A stretch of 64,000 nucleotides of DNA, taken from assembly GCF_009914755.1 (NCBI RefSeq), contig NC_060944.1; one strand, 5' to 3'. A program made the translations under genes and the position numbers. This document shows, piece by piece, positions 37,400 through 54,520 of the stretch (position 1 is the first letter of the stretch; the number at the start of each line of letters is the position of its first letter). Below the pieces are notes generated by a model. That model searched no databases, was not told the origin of the DNA, and worked only from the letters and a program-made list of their open reading frames with translations. Source of the stretch: the human T2T-CHM13v2.0 reference genome, Homo sapiens.

Positions 37400-37635
37400 T
37401 GAATGTGTTCTATGTGCCTGGCACCCTGCTAAGCAGCTTATATACATTACCACATTATCATATTTATTCTCACATGATGGTGATGACAATGACGATGATG
37501 CATCCTCCATCACAACAATGAAAACTGTGAGGCTCAGAGATACCCAGTGACTTCAGTGATTAAGGTCACACAGTAAATTATGCTTAAATCCAGGATTTAA
37601 ATGCAGGCCATTTGACTCCAGAACCTGAGTCTCCC
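37400..37635 (-). mobile_element. MIR
   Basis: TATGTGCCTGGCACCCTGCTAAGC..GAGGCTCAGAGA..AAGGTCACACAG. Confidence 0.8.
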
Positions 37636-37775
37636 CATCTGACTATCCGGCTTTCACAGGAAAAGAAACGTAAAACACAATCTCATTCATCTGATTGTTC
37701 ATTCATTCAATAGTATTTATTGAGTCCTTCCCATGTGCCAGGCATAGAAGAAGGCAGAGAAGGTGCATTCACCTA

Positions 37776-37915
37776 TTCATCCATCCATCTATCCATCCAT
37801 TCTTCATCCATCCATCCATCCATCCATCCATCCATTCTTCATCCATCCATTCATCCATCCATTAATCTATCCATCCATCCTTTCTTCATCCATCCATCAT
37901 TCCATCATCCTTCCA
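37776..37915. repeat. (TCCA)n degenerate tetranucleotide repeat
   Basis: Seen directly; lies next to an L2 tail fragment (37680-37745). Confidence 0.92.
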
Positions 37916-40323
37916 TATGCACATAACACCTAATAGTTCTAGGATGTAATGTCTCCATCACCAGCAGAGTTTCTATCATTCATGGGATGAATTCTGGGTT
38001 TTCACTAGAGGCTTCCCCATATTCACTGTAAATTTCTATGCCCAGAATCTATTCTTAGGAAATTAGGCCAGTCTCTGCTTCCCCAGATGCTAAGATTCAC
38101 ATCCTACTCTCCAAAACACAAGCATCCGTTGGATGCCCAGCTGGTCCATTATCAGATTCATCTGGCTCAGTCTCCAGACTGGGTGAGTTGTCTGTACACC
38201 CCAGGATGTGGATGGATGCAGGCTGGATAGCGGGGGTGTTCACATCTTGGTATTTACAAGATGATATTTACATCTTGGCTTCAGGCATGTTAGCATGTGA
38301 GTCTTCATTTGAAATACCATAAATTAATAGCGACTAAAATTTTAACATTTATTTGGTTTAAATTGCGCTCTGGATTCAGAAATATATTTGGACTAGGAGC
38401 TCTTCCAGGAATATTTAAATGATCATATTTTGCTAAAGTTGAATCTTTAAAGAAAATATACATATTCAACTCTTTAGTGAGCTGGATTCTGAGCTGTTTT
38501 TATTTCCTTTCTTAAGGAAATAATGTGTAACATTTAGTTTTGATTCTGTGATTGGCATTCCAGTCGATTAGCGTAGCTCATTTGGGTGTTTGGTTTAATT
38601 CAGATGACTAAAAATGCTTATTTATATAAGTAAACATATCTGTAAAGTAGTCACATTTCAAAAATTTTGGAAAATAAAATTTTGAAAAAAATGGACATGT
38701 TTGATGTACGATGCAGCGTTTTCCATTGCAAAGTTCTGAATCTTCAAGTTCTGCAATCTTTATGACTAGTCTGTTGTGTTTATTGGGGATAAGACCACAG
38801 GTCTCTATAACCCAGAACCCATTTGATACATATGGGGGACAAAGAAAGGAAGAGAAGTATGACATGGATATATTCTATCTCTTGTTTTCTTCTAATGGAA
38901 GATAGGAGATTAAAAAGAATAAAAAAGAAGAGAGAAGGAGCATCAATGATGAAGAAAGAAAGAAGTCAAAAGCACTACCCAATTTTAGAGAAAACTCTGT
39001 GTACAGAGACACAATTAGGTTGTGTCAGAGAAGCCTAGTTGCCTACTGCTGTGTGGGAGCTCCTAGAAAACAAGCCCTCTCCTGCTTTGGGAATCTCAGT
39101 AGATGTGAGGATGTGGGCATTGTGGCCACTTTCCCCCAGTAGGTCTCTGAGTGTAAAACCAATACAACGATATCCCTTCTTTCCTTCTTTATTTGTAACT
39201 GAACCCTTATTTTGTATTTCAAGAACCTAAATAACCAGCTAAAAACATTTCCAAGGCTCTCTTTTATCCTGGAGTGGTACACAGATCTAACCAATGGTTA
39301 TTAAACATAAGCTACTAAATAGGACTTCCAAGAAAACTCTTTAAAAGGAGTTGACGAAGTGCTCTTTGTCACTGTCTGTCTTCTGAAACTTGGTCATGTT
39401 GACTGGAGCAGTGGCAGCTATATTAAGATCATGAGGATGGAGCTCACAATAAAGATAGGGGAGTAAAAAGCCAGAAGAGACTGCCTCTAGACTTGTTTAA
39501 TGTGAGAAAAAAATAAACCTCCAAGGTTTTTTTAGGGGGGAGGGAGAAGGGAAGGGTCTCTGTAATTTTTAGCCAAAGCAAGCCTCAGAAACCTTGACCC
39601 TTATTTTAAACTACACATAACATACCACCTCCTGATGTGGCAGTGTGCCAATTTCTTCTTTCTAGGTGGGTTCTTTTTTGAACTGAGATGACAGATATTT
39701 CTGCGACTTTTCCATTTGCATGGAAAATGTCAAATTATAATGTATCATTTTCATTTCACCATACTAACAAATACTCCCTTGAAGTCAATAACTAGAGAGC
39801 TCATCCCAGAAGTAATTTCCTGTTCATCAAATTTTTGAATATATATAATTTTTATTTGCTACTCCTGCTGGGAAACCTGTTGGCATCTATGCTAAGCCCT
39901 GAAGATTTTATTGCTATTTTTCTAAAATTGATACAAGTCAGCCCTCAGATAACCTTTGCACGTATGTGTCAAGAGGCATCACAGAATCATGAAATCAAGA
40001 GTTGGAAGGAACGTGAAGAATCATTAGAGTTGAGATTTGCTTACGCAGTAGGGTGAAAATTTATAGACGTTGTTAGGTGTCAAGACACATCAGAGTCTTG
40101 TTCACTCCTAGAAAAAACTGCTCCTCCACCCAAATCTTTCTGATCTAAGCAGATCAGAACGTTCCATTCTTCCCAATTATTCAGTTTGGGTCAGCCATGG
40201 GTCTCACTGAAGGTGATCCAATCAGAATCAATCCCAGATCTTTTGTGGGAGCCAGCCCCTTTCCCCTTTGAGGCTCTCAGTGGATTCGAGGACATGGACA
40301 CTGGAGCCACTTTAATCTGATAG

Positions 40324-40840
<517 letters not shown>

Positions 40841-40950
40841 CAAGAAATCTCATGAGACAAAAAATCTCCGTCTTGATAAAGCCATTCAGATTCTTGGAGT
40901 ACATTTCATCTCCTTACATTAGCTAGAGAGCAGTTCTGTGACTTATTGAT

Positions 40951-41072
40951 AAGGCGACAAAATAATTTGTTATTCAAACAGGGTCACTTTGGAGAGTGAA
41001 AGAGACTGCTATTAAGTAAAGAAGCAAACAGGCACACACTGGGACTCCCCTATTCAGAAAAGGGCTCATCCT
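40951..41072 (+). mobile_element. MER94 hAT-Blackjack MITE (copy 2)
   Basis: ATAATTTGTTATTCAAACAGGGTCACTTTGGAGAGTGAAAGAG..GCTATTAA. Confidence 0.6.
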
Positions 41073-41379
41073 ACACATTGAGTGACTGCCAGGTAGAAAG
41101 CACTGCTCTTATCAAGAAGTGAGCAATGAACATTGTGGGGTGGGGATAGGATGGGATGATGTCTTGTCTTTTGCATCTTGATTTACAAAAGCACAAGGAC
41201 TCCCTGGTTCTGTCCTCTACTGATTCCTGATACATTTGTGTTCCTACCACTATTCTTGCTTACAAAATAGGGCCTGTTTATAAACCATTGCTTAAGTTTT
41301 TGCCAGGTAATACATTCAGATGGCTTAACAATCAAAGTAATAGAAGAGGATTCATTTAATGGGCTCACTCCCACTCTGA

Positions 41380-42160
41380 GCACTCCACTCCCTCGCAGGT
41401 AACCACTTTAATAGTTTCTAATGTGTCCTTCATTGCTTTTTCATGCAAATATAAGCAATATAAACACATAGAACCTTACATTTCTCCTTTCGTACATGAA
41501 AGCAATATCCTATGAATACTGCCATGCCCCTTGCTTTTTCTCATATGCTAGATCTTGCATATATTCAAGAATAACTACCCCATGGGCCAGGCATGGTGGC
41601 TTACACCTAGAATCCCACTGCTCTACAGGCTGAAGGCAGGAGGATTGTTTGAGCCCAGAAGTTTGAGGCTGCAATGGGCTATGACCATGCCACTTTGCCC
41701 CAGTCTGAGAGACAGAGCAAGTCTCTGTCTCTAAAAAATAATAGTGATAATAATAATGGATCTCATTTCTATTTTATCCATTTCAGTATATAGACATTCA
41801 ATAGTTTTTACTAGATTGCCTTTGTTTTTGTTTTTAACTAGTGTCCTACAGAGGAATGCTGAATTGTTTTCTCTCTTTGGTTCTCACCAACAATGTTGTG
41901 ATACACACCCTTGATCATAAGTATTTGTAGACAAATGCCTGCAGCATAAATTCCTGGGAGTGGGATTGCTGGCTCAAACACTAAATGCACTTGTCATTTT
42001 TAAAGATTTCTCCAAAATGACCTCCACAGAACCAGTGCTGCATCACCCCCCACCAGCAGTGTTAGAGAATGTCTGCTTCTCCACAGCCTTATTGACTAGG
42101 GTATCATCACACTTTGGAAATTTTGCTGATAAGGTAAGCAAGAAAAGGTTTATCAGTCTA
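41380..42160 (-). mobile_element. Old L1M (L1ME-like) 3' fragment
   Basis: AGGTAACCACTTTAATAGTTTC; AAATTCCTGGGAGTGGGATTGCTGG; CCCCACCAGCAGTGT. Confidence 0.7.
41585..41757 (+). mobile_element. FRAM (free right Alu monomer)
   Basis: Single ~150-bp monomer GGCCAGGCATGGTGGC...GAGCCCAGAAGTTTGAGGCTGCAATG...CTGTCTCT plus A-rich tail. Confidence 0.8.
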
Positions 42161-42190
42161 ATTTGTTACAATCAAAACCATCTATGTTAA

Positions 42191-43029
<839 letters not shown>

Positions 43030-43849
43030 TGTGGAGTTTGTTTTTTGTTCTTTTTTTTTAACATTACAGAACACTGTGCCAATGACCTGCCCCCATCAAA
43101 TGGTCACACATGCTGTGGCCAGCACGGCAATGCTGGCATCTCTTTTTAAACTCGCCACATGAGGAAAAGTGGAGATATAATTTCTCTTGGCTTCCTGAGT
43201 GGTACAAGCATGTGTCAAGTTACCAGGGAGATTTGATGAAGTGTAATATACCTGGCCATCTGACAGTTAGTGGCCTTGTTTCCTTTCCCTGCGATAATAT
43301 TGGATTTCATACTGAGAGCATCAACAAGAGAAAGGCTCATACCTAACAGCTAATATCTGCAGAACATGTGTTTCTGCTCAATTTCTGCACCTTTATGGCT
43401 CCATCTGACACTGCAATTCTTTCTGCTGCAAAACAGCCTGATTCGAATCATCTGTCTTACATCTAATTCAAGTTGAAGTCTATTAGGCAAACCAATTCCT
43501 GGCCTATTTGTGTCCCTTCTCACAAATTATTCTAGCTGATTCTCTGGCACTAGTTTTGTTTTTGTTTTGTTTTTTGTTTTTTTTTTTTTCCCAGGAACCA
43601 ATAGCTGAAAAACTTCTGATGATGTTAAAGGAGATCTCATATTCTTTTTCATGTTGTTTTAAATGACAGATGACAATTTGGCATCCTCACAGGACAACGT
43701 GTCCATCTGACATAAATAATGTGCTCTGATTTTTTTTTAAAGAAACACAAAGCAGGAGAAGATGTCCACCTTTACATTTTCCAGCACAAAACCAATTCTT
43801 TGGAAACCTGTATGTTTCTTGATCATCTCTTGCCAGGTTCTGACAGCTC

Positions 43850-44648
43850 AGTATTCAAGTTGCTCACGGCAACAGCCTTGACACCATGCTGAGACACGTG
43901 TTGTCTTGTTCTTCACACATACCATGCCCAATACACATGACAAAGACTGTTGGCTCGACCTTAAAAATCTCCCCAGCTTCCCCTAGTTCTCCCAGCCCAC
44001 TGCTACCACTGTGGTCCCAGCCGCTGGGGAGACTCTGTCCTCACTGGCTCCTGGGTCGGCATTTACCCTCACCATGGCCCCTTGCCCCCTGCCCTAATAA
44101 AATGGTCAGAGTGGTCCTTTTAACCACAAGTCTGATCATGTCATTCCTCTGCTCCTGCCTCACACAGATAAAACCCAGATCCTCAGAGCGGCCCATGAGG
44201 CTTTGTCAGGGGTCTGGCCTCCTTGCCTCTCTGGCTTCTCTGTCCACGAATCTCCCCCCACTCTGCTGTGGCCACACTGGTCCCTCGCTTCTGTTTGAAC
44301 ATGCTCCTGCCTCAGGGCCTTTGCACTTGCTGTTCTCTCTGCCTTTCTCTCAGATATTAGCCAGTCTCCCCCTCTCAGGGCATTCAGGTTTCTGCTCCAT
44401 GCCAGTGTCCTCAGGGAACCTCCCTTGCACCCCGACCCCTCTTCCTGGCTTCACTTTCTCTCTCAGCATCAGCCTCCTCCTGGTACACACGAGATACATT
44501 TTGTCTTTATTGATTGTCCTCGACCACAGCATGAGCTCCTTAGCATCAGCACCTTGGTTTTGGATCCCCTGCTTTAGACTTTGAGCTGAGAACAGTGCCT
44601 GGCACATTACAGACACAGTAACCTCTTGAATGAATGAATGAATCAATG
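43850..44648 (+). mobile_element. L2 3' region
   Basis: GATCATGTCATTCCTCTGCTC; CCTGCCTCAGGGCCTTTGCACTTGCTGTTC; GAACAGTGCCTGGCACAT; (TGAA)n. Confidence 0.9.
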
Positions 44649-45274
44649 AGGGGTCAGCTGGGAAACCAAGCAAAACAGAGCATTCCTTGGAGTCCCAAAC
44701 ACCAAGGGAAATATGGCACATGAACCTCAGGATGTCCAAAAAGCCAAAACCAGAGTTACATGAAACTATACATTTTTTTTTAATTTTAGCACCTCCCAAT
44801 CTTTGTTCTTTCTGAAGAAACCAATTCAGGCCCAGAGTTTCTGCCTTGGTGTGTGTATTTTTAATCAGCCTTTCTTTGCCTGCTCAGCAGCTACTGGGGC
44901 TCCTGGGTCCACTGGATGGATGCCCCATCTGGTCATGGAGCCATTTTCCCTTTGGAGAAAATGAGGCTGACATGAGCACTTGCTGCCTTTGTCAGTCAGG
45001 ACCAAGATACACAGCACCAAACGTCAGCCAAAGATGAGACTCCTGCAACAAGGGGCTACTCAGTTGAAACATTTTGTATAATTGGAAGATGAGGTTAACG
45101 GCGATAGGGAAAATTCAGGTGGACCTACAAGGGTTTATGAAGCAGATGCTGAAAAATAAACAGATCAGGGGGTGTCCAACCGGCCCCGCCTGACTCTGCT
45201 ATTTCTTGGCGAGGGATGGCGCGACAGCCAAGATGTGTGTTTGCTTAAAATCAAGGGCTGTGGAATTGGGTCAG

Positions 45275-45400
45275 GGACTTCAGTTGAAATCCAGCTGCCC
45301 GTTCTCCAGCTGTGCGACCTTGACAAGGCCCGCCCCTGACCTTTCCCCAGTCTGTAAAGTGGAACAACATTCATAAGAAGCGTGACTGCCTTAGGGGCTG
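45275..45400 (+). mobile_element. MIR
   Basis: AGCTGTGCGACCTTGACAAG..TCTGTAAAGTGG. Confidence 0.55.
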
Positions 45401-46016
45401 CTGGCGGGTCCAGAATCCACAGGAGACCAGACAACTTGGGGGTTTCTGGGCCACACACACACAGGGCACTTTCTCCCGCAGGGCTCTGCTGGCTGGATAC
45501 TCACTTGCTCCAGGGAAGCCACTCGTCCACCCCATGGGGTGGGTACTGCCGCTCTCCTACTTTCCGGAGGAGGGAACCAGGCATGCAGAGGGAGCCTCTT
45601 GCCCATGGCACACAGCAAAAGCCCCAGCGTCCTGAGCTCAGGGGCCGGCCCTGTCCCACTGACAGGTTTGATTCTATGAAAGGATCATTTTCCCTCCTGC
45701 TGTTGGCTTGTGTGATCATTGGTCACTGGTATCTGGGCCATTCCTTGAGCCCTAAATCTGAAGAATGCAAAAGTTTGATGCCCAGGCAGCTTAGGGGTGC
45801 CATGAAGACCTTGTTTCCCCTGACAGCCCCCAACCCCAGACCCAGCGCATGGTGAACTGCCCTCTAAGGACCCAGTGCCAGCCAAACCAAAGGCACCGTG
45901 GCTGATGGAGGCCACACAAGGGGTCATTGGTCCAGCCTGAGGCAGGTGACAATGTCACATGATGCAAAAATCACGGGATAGTGGAAAAGGGAATAGGGAT
46001 TCACCACAGGTCATGA

Positions 46017-46873
46017 TGAAATGGGAAAGGTTCCCTTGTCCCCCTCACAGGGCGTGGAATGGAGGACTGCGGCTCGCTTCTTCAGTGCCCTGCTGCTCAA
46101 ACCTCTCTAAGGGAGCATATAGATGGGCAGGTTGTGGGGCTCGGCTCCGACCCACGATATGTCTAGAGTTGAACGTTTACAGCTCCTGAAGTGCCAGTTG
46201 GCGTGTAGCTAGAAGGCTGTCTTAGTTTGCCGTCTATAGGTGGCTTGAGTTAACCAGCACAATTACCTCTTTTACTTTGTCACAAGGACAGAGGGTTTTC
46301 TTGTATCCCAGGTTCTTGCCTTGGTGTACCTGAAGAATCGGATCACACATAGGCTTGGAGAATGAGTATCAAGTTTTATTGAGTGGAAGTCGCTCTCAGC
46401 CGATGGGGAGGCCAGAAGGGAGATGATCTTCCCCTGGAGTTGGGCCGCTCAGGGGCCCTGGCTCTCCTCTCTCCTCCAACTGCCCAGCCAAACTCTGCCT
46501 CACCCCACTGGTTGATGGCTTGCCAGCCTGGGTGCCTGTTGGTGTGCTTTTCTGCTGGTGTGCTCCTCTCGATGCCCTCTCAACGACCAGCCGTTTGTGC
46601 TTTCTTCCACTGATGTACTACTCCTCAGATGTCTGGCCGCCTGTGTGTCTGCCCACTAGGGTCTCGGGTTTTTAAAGGCCCCGGAAGGGGGTGTGGCAGG
46701 TCAGGGTGGTCTTGGGAAATGCAACATTTGGGCAGGAAATGCCTTTCCTCACCTAGGTCCGTGGGGGTGGAGCCCTAGCCAGGTACCACGCCCTCCTATA
46801 CCCAGCACTTCCTTCCCCACTTCCATATTATTTAAAGGGACCATGCACTTCCCTTCCCAGCACGCCTGTATCA
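46017..46873 (-). mobile_element. ERV1 solo LTR, LTR27/LTR28/MER52 group
   Basis: Minus strand starts TGATACAGGCGTGCTGGGAAGGGAAG and ends GGGAACCTTTCCCATTTCA; AATAAA on minus strand at ~46375-46380; TSD ATGA/ATGT. Confidence 0.85.
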
Positions 46874-47582
46874 ATGTCAGCTTCCCCTCCTTCCACTTCC
46901 CAGAATCCAAATATGTAGGAGAAAGAAGTGGGGCCAGTTTCCAAAGTATTTAATTAAAGGGCCAGTGGAAGAAGTAAGACTACAATTATACAATTATTGT
47001 GGTTGTTTCTCTTTAAGTCCCTGAATTTCTACAATGTTTTTCCAGCTAGGCTTAAAGAAAAACTCCTTGGGCTTAATAGAAAGAGTTGCATTCCATCAGC
47101 ATCTCTAGGTCAGCATGTTTCCTACTCTTCTGAGACTGTTAGGATCATTTTCAATCTGTCTGAAATCAAATTAAAACAAGTCAAAACTGTGCCGTGGACT
47201 CTGCTCTGAGTACAGTCCTCAGTTACTTGCATTCATTTGTCCAGGAGCACCTACCCTATTGCTTGTGGGCCCCTTTGAGTTTGGAGAGCAAGTTCAGGTA
47301 CCACTGTTTTAGGAAGCTTTTTCTAATGGAGGTTGTGGGCTCCAATGTCCTTGGCACAGAACAGTTGCCAGACAGGGAGAGGTGGGGGGTAGAAGGGACA
47401 GGGGGCTGGGGCTGCACACAAGCCCCCTCTGCAGTGACAGCTGTCCAGTCCTAATGACCATCTCCCAGTCCTGGGCCTGACCCCCTCCCCAAGAGTCACC
47501 TGTGTCAATAACAGTGTATCAGCTTCTGGAAGTGATTCCAAAGTACTACAGTTATGACTTTCCATAGAAACTAGACCATATT

Positions 47583-47949
<367 letters not shown>

Positions 47950-48184
47950 TCACATCACATAGGGTCTAGCATCTTGCTTTTCCCCCCTGAACCATATGCA
48001 CTAGAGACCTGTCCACCTTGCTGCATACAGATACCTCTTCCCTTATACTGCTGTGTTTGTATGTGTTAATGTCTAGGGGTGAAACTCCCAGTTCATATCC
48101 CCTTTCCCCTAAGGATGGACACTTAGGCTGTAAGTGGTCATGAGTATGTTTGTGAACTAGTTCTAGTTCTCTAGAACTAGATGG

Positions 48185-48520
48185 TGCAACTGTCTTTCTC
48201 TGCCCTGCACTGAAGATAGTCATGGTCATGGGACTTACACTGACCAATGGAATGGGAGCACAAGTCCCATGTGTCACTTCTGGGTAGAAGCTTAAGAGAC
48301 CCTCCCTGATTTGTCAGAGGCCCTCTGTCCTGCCTGGGCTGTCATAGGAGCGTGAAGAAGGAGCTGTCCTCCACTAGATCCCTGAGTGGAGATGACGTAG
48401 AGCAGAGGCCCAGCCTCCCTGAGACACACAAGCAGCATGAGCAAAAAACAACTTTAGCTGTTCAGGCTCCTGGGATTTCGGTGTTGTTTGTTATCGCAGC
48501 AGCATCTCATCTACCCCAGT
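48185..48520 (+). mobile_element. MLT1I/J-type MaLR LTR inserted in an old L1M fragment (~47990-48620, -)
   Basis: TGACCAATGGAATGGGAGCACAAGT..TGTGTCACTTCTGGGTAGAAGC; TTGTTTGTTATCGCAGCA. Confidence 0.7.
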
Positions 48521-49999
48521 GGATGCAAATTCTTCCTCTGTTTCTCCAACACAAACAACGCTGCAATGAACAGCCTTCTCAACTTTTCCTTGACCTGTGT
48601 GAGTGTTGCTTCAAGTTAGATTTTTAAACAAAAAAGTGTATCGTACAAAACTGTATTTTCTTCTCAAAGAGTAAAAATAAGCTTTCTGCTAAATGAAATT
48701 TCATTGGAAACTTTGAAAATGCCTGAACTTAAATATTTAATCCATCACTACCCATTTAATATGAAGCTCCAGGTAATTGGCATCCATTCTCCACATCTGG
48801 CTTTTTGTTGAATTAGGCACAGTTGTAATTTGTGGTTAGCCCAGGGATGGTGAAATTTTGAGTCTCTTGGCTGGAAAGGACTCACAGAGAACCTCTTGCT
48901 GAGAAGAGACAAATTCAGCATCCTTTCCCCAGTCCCCTCCCCTGTGTTTATTTGTCCTGACCATAAATGTGCACCCTCTGCTGTGTGTAGATCTGCAGCT
49001 GCAGGAAATGGCAGACAATCACCTTGCAGGGTTTTTTCCTGGTCTCAGAACCCCAATGTCATTTTGCATTTTGCTCCCCTGTATTTAGCCCAGGAAGGGG
49101 GTTAGGGAAAGTCACAAACTGCCCATGCAGTGAAGTCTTCAACCTTGCCAACCTTTGCTCAGGCCTGTCTGCACATTCCCTGCATTTATGGTTAAAACCC
49201 CTTTCCTTTTCCCCATTATAATTTCTCCCTAGGACCCTAAGATGGAACAGGCCTGTGGACTAGGCAGGATTCTTCACAGCTGGTTTGATTGCTCAAGGCT
49301 GAGCCGGTCTCTGTTTGGCTGCAAAGATTAACTGAGCTCCATCAGCAGATCAATTAATCACTAACAAATTCAGGCTGATGAGTTTTTCATTCCCTTTCAG
49401 GCCACAGGACATGTTATAGACAGACTGCCAAGTCATTTTAAACCTGTGAACATTCAAATTGCTTCAGAGCTGAGCCTATTCTAGAACGTAGCAATTTTGA
49501 GCCTTTGTGCAGCTCTGATTCTTCATAAGCCGATAATGGGTATGTGGGGAGCATAAAGCGAGATTGGATGGCTTCCATTTAGGATGGCAGAAATGGAAAT
49601 CTGAACAGAAGTAGAGGAATCATCATTAACCTTCACAATGGCGTCCACACCTCTAGAGGTGGGAAGCAAGAACGTTTAAGCAACTGTGCTGTTTACTGGG
49701 CACTCAACTTGGCCAGTAAGACACTGGTCAGGCCAGGGATATCTGGGTTCCACTAAAATAAAGATCGTTTCCAAATGGGTGATGACTGGCATGGCTAGGG
49801 GGTGGGGAGGCATGGGCAGTCCAGAGAAGAAGGAAAATAGTTCATTTACAAGTCCCTTTTTGGGAGGGATGAGAGAATGATGAAAGCTAAGGTTTGTCTA
49901 GCATTGGCCAGAAATTAACTCCCAGAAATTGACATGATCAGCAATAATGATTATTCCATGTGAACATGGCTTCTTTGGTGTAAATTTCCTAATTTGAGT

Positions 50000-51620
<1,621 letters not shown>

Positions 51621-51937
51621 GTGTAAATCAGGTTCCATGCAGGAAAATGGGAACCACTCCAATCTGAAAAACAGAGAGCAAGAGTCAGTTCCACAGGTGA
51701 TGGAAAGGCTAGGGGCCAAATGGCAGAAACTGAGTCAAGACAGAGAAGAAGGAAGCCTCTAGCAGCTCTAGGCATAATGAGAAAATGAAGAAGTGTAACT
51801 CCTGGCACCCACATCTGGGGTGACCCAGGAGAAGACAGAGAAGCACACAGGGGCTCTTCAGAAGCTGAAGCCACGGAGGAAGCATGGTTACTGTTTGAGG
51901 CAAAGTAAGAGAAGAGAAAAGAAGTGTTCAGATCTTC

Positions 51938-53190
51938 ACTTCCAGAAAGAGAGTGGATACATTTTTCCTCCTCTTCTTGCTAAGTACAGCTAAAACCCCT
52001 GCAAGTATGTATAAAACAAACCTAAGCCTCTGAACAGTGGAGAGAAGAAGGCAGACCAGCAGGGCCCTCGGGATAGGAGAAATGACAGGACAGTGAGTTC
52101 CTGGGGTTTTCTTTTGCCTTCTTTATTGTGGACTGGGTGCTGGAGAAGCTGACAACCTGGAAATGCCAACAAGCACAGACAAAAGGGAAATATCAGGAAG
52201 AGCCTGTCTTCTCTACCTGAAGGGCAAGAAATAGGGCAGCCTAGCAAGACACAAAACTTTTGGACAACCACCCCATGCCGGACAAACGACATGGAAAAAC
52301 CTCAGCCCACCCTCATCCATGCCAGTGAAGAGCAAGTGAGGAACCTGAACTTCCACCTCCACCTAGCTGTAGCAAGGCACCCAAACCCCGACTGGGGTGG
52401 TGTTGGAGAAGGCTGGGCAGGAGCCTAGACTTCCACTCTCACCTGATGTAAGGAGCCTCCCACCCACATGGTGCCCAGTGGAGGCTGGTGAGGAGCCCTA
52501 ATGAGATATCATTGCACCTCCAAACCAGGGTGCTCAGAGACTCGTTGGGACACTGAGTCCTCACCCCCACCCAGCAGTAATGCGATGCGCCTCCCACCCC
52601 AGGGTATAAGTGGAGGCCAAGTGGGGAACTGGGGCTCCACCCAACCTGGCAATAACGAGGCGCTGTTGCTGAACCCCCACCCCCAGTGTGGTATGAAAGG
52701 ACGTCTGCTAACACCTGGAGATTTGGGTAAGATCTCGAGTCTCCTAGCATGCTGCCCAACATGGCAAGGAGTCCATCAAAAATCACTCCTACCAAGAACC
52801 AGTAGCAGCTTAAGTTAATGGGAAAAGACAAGCAACAGATGCCAACATCAAGATAACACAGATGTCGGAATGATTTCATAGTTATTTTAGAATGGTCATT
52901 GTAAAAATACTTTCATGTGCTGAAAATGAGTCAAAATATAGAAAGTTTTAGCGAAGAAAAGAAAAGTTTCAGTAAGGAAATAGAAAATATAACAAAGAAC
53001 CAAGTGGAAATTTTAGAACTGAGAACACACAATAACCAATTTTTTAAAAAAATACTAAATACCTGGGCTCAATAGAAGAATGGAAAAGATGGAGGGAAGC
53101 TTCTGCGAGCTGGAAAATCGACCAGTAGAAATGAGTTATCCTGAACAACAGAGAGAAAATAGAAAAAGGATTGAACAAACAGCGCTCTAA
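51938..53190 (+). mobile_element. Old L1M (L1MC/MD-like) 5'UTR and degenerate ORF1 N-terminus
   Basis: 52977-53030 reads EIENITKNQVEILELRTH, resembling the L1 ORF1p coiled coil; long upstream 5'UTR-like segment; frames disrupted. Confidence 0.75.
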
Positions 53191-53237
53191 GCCTCCGCAG
53201 GAAAACTGCAGACCCCGGCCCCCGTCATCCCCAATGA

Positions 53238-53615
<378 letters not shown>

Positions 53616-53619
53616 CTAT

Positions 53620-54520
53620 GTCTATATTTCTAAGTAATATGTTTCTGTTGCTACCAGTTTTTTTCTGTAAACATTATCTATCGCCTATCTGCTATGATCA
53701 ATGAATATTTGCTTCATAGAGGTGCTCCTCTACCCATTCTCCCTGGCCCATCAACTGGTAGAGTTACCGAGACTTCATGCAGTGTCCACACTAATGTAAT
53801 GGAGTAAAAAGTCTTCATAGTTGACTCGTGTGGTGTAGACTTTAATTGCCTTGTTTCTATAGCATTTTTGCTTTCCCTAGATATAAACGATCTACTTCCA
53901 CTTCTTTAGTTTTCTCCATAGCTGTCACTAATTCATCCTTAAATTCTTAGCTCTGTCTATAACCCATGTCTCAATGTGATCACACCCTCAGGTTAGGGGG
54001 ATGGTTTTGTGTTTCACTGGCAACACTCCTCGGAGTAACGGCTGCTCTTTGGATCTGCTTCAGAACAGTGATCTAGACATTTCCGTGGTGCTTCAGATCC
54101 ATCCTGGGGACCCTTTCCTACATCCTGTGTCTGGGATCCCACAGCATCTCCATTCTAGATCTGTCTCTCCTTTGGGTGGAACACATCTTCCTCTCACAGC
54201 TCTGAGAAAGGGCCCAAGAAGCTGGTTCTCCATGACCCTGCAGGTCTGCAATGTCCTTATTCTGTCCTTGCCCTTGATCTAGTGCTCCCCATTCCACATG
54301 GGAAGTAAATTTCCCAAGAAGTTTGTAGGCACTGCTCCATTCTTGCTTCCAGAGTTGCGTTCTCGGTCTTAGTCCTTAATATGAGATCAGCTCCATCACT
54401 CTGGAGGCTTTGAGGGTTTTCTCTTCTTCTTGGGTTTTTATGAATGCATGATGGTGTCGCCAGTGCTGGGTCTTTTAAAATTAATTATTATGGTACCATG
54501 AGGGCCCAGAAAGTACGTCT
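53620..54520 (-). mobile_element. Old L1M fragment(s)
   Basis: T-rich antisense L1-like sequence (GGCACTGCTCCATT..CTTCCAG, CTCTGGAGGCTTTGAGGGTTTTCTCTT). Confidence 0.5.

Noticed and set aside
43886-44584. Longest ORF (232 aa)
   Set aside because: Lies wholly in a pyrimidine-rich L2 3' region; the Leu/Ser/Pro-rich product resembles no protein family I recognise.
48157-48180. 10-bp perfect stem CTAGTTCTAG-ttct-CTAGAACTAG
   Set aside because: Short, built from a low-complexity CTAG motif at a repeat junction; plausible by chance or slippage.
52860-53190. L1 ORF1-like peptide
   Set aside because: Interrupted by stops and frameshifts; recorded only as a mobile-element relic.
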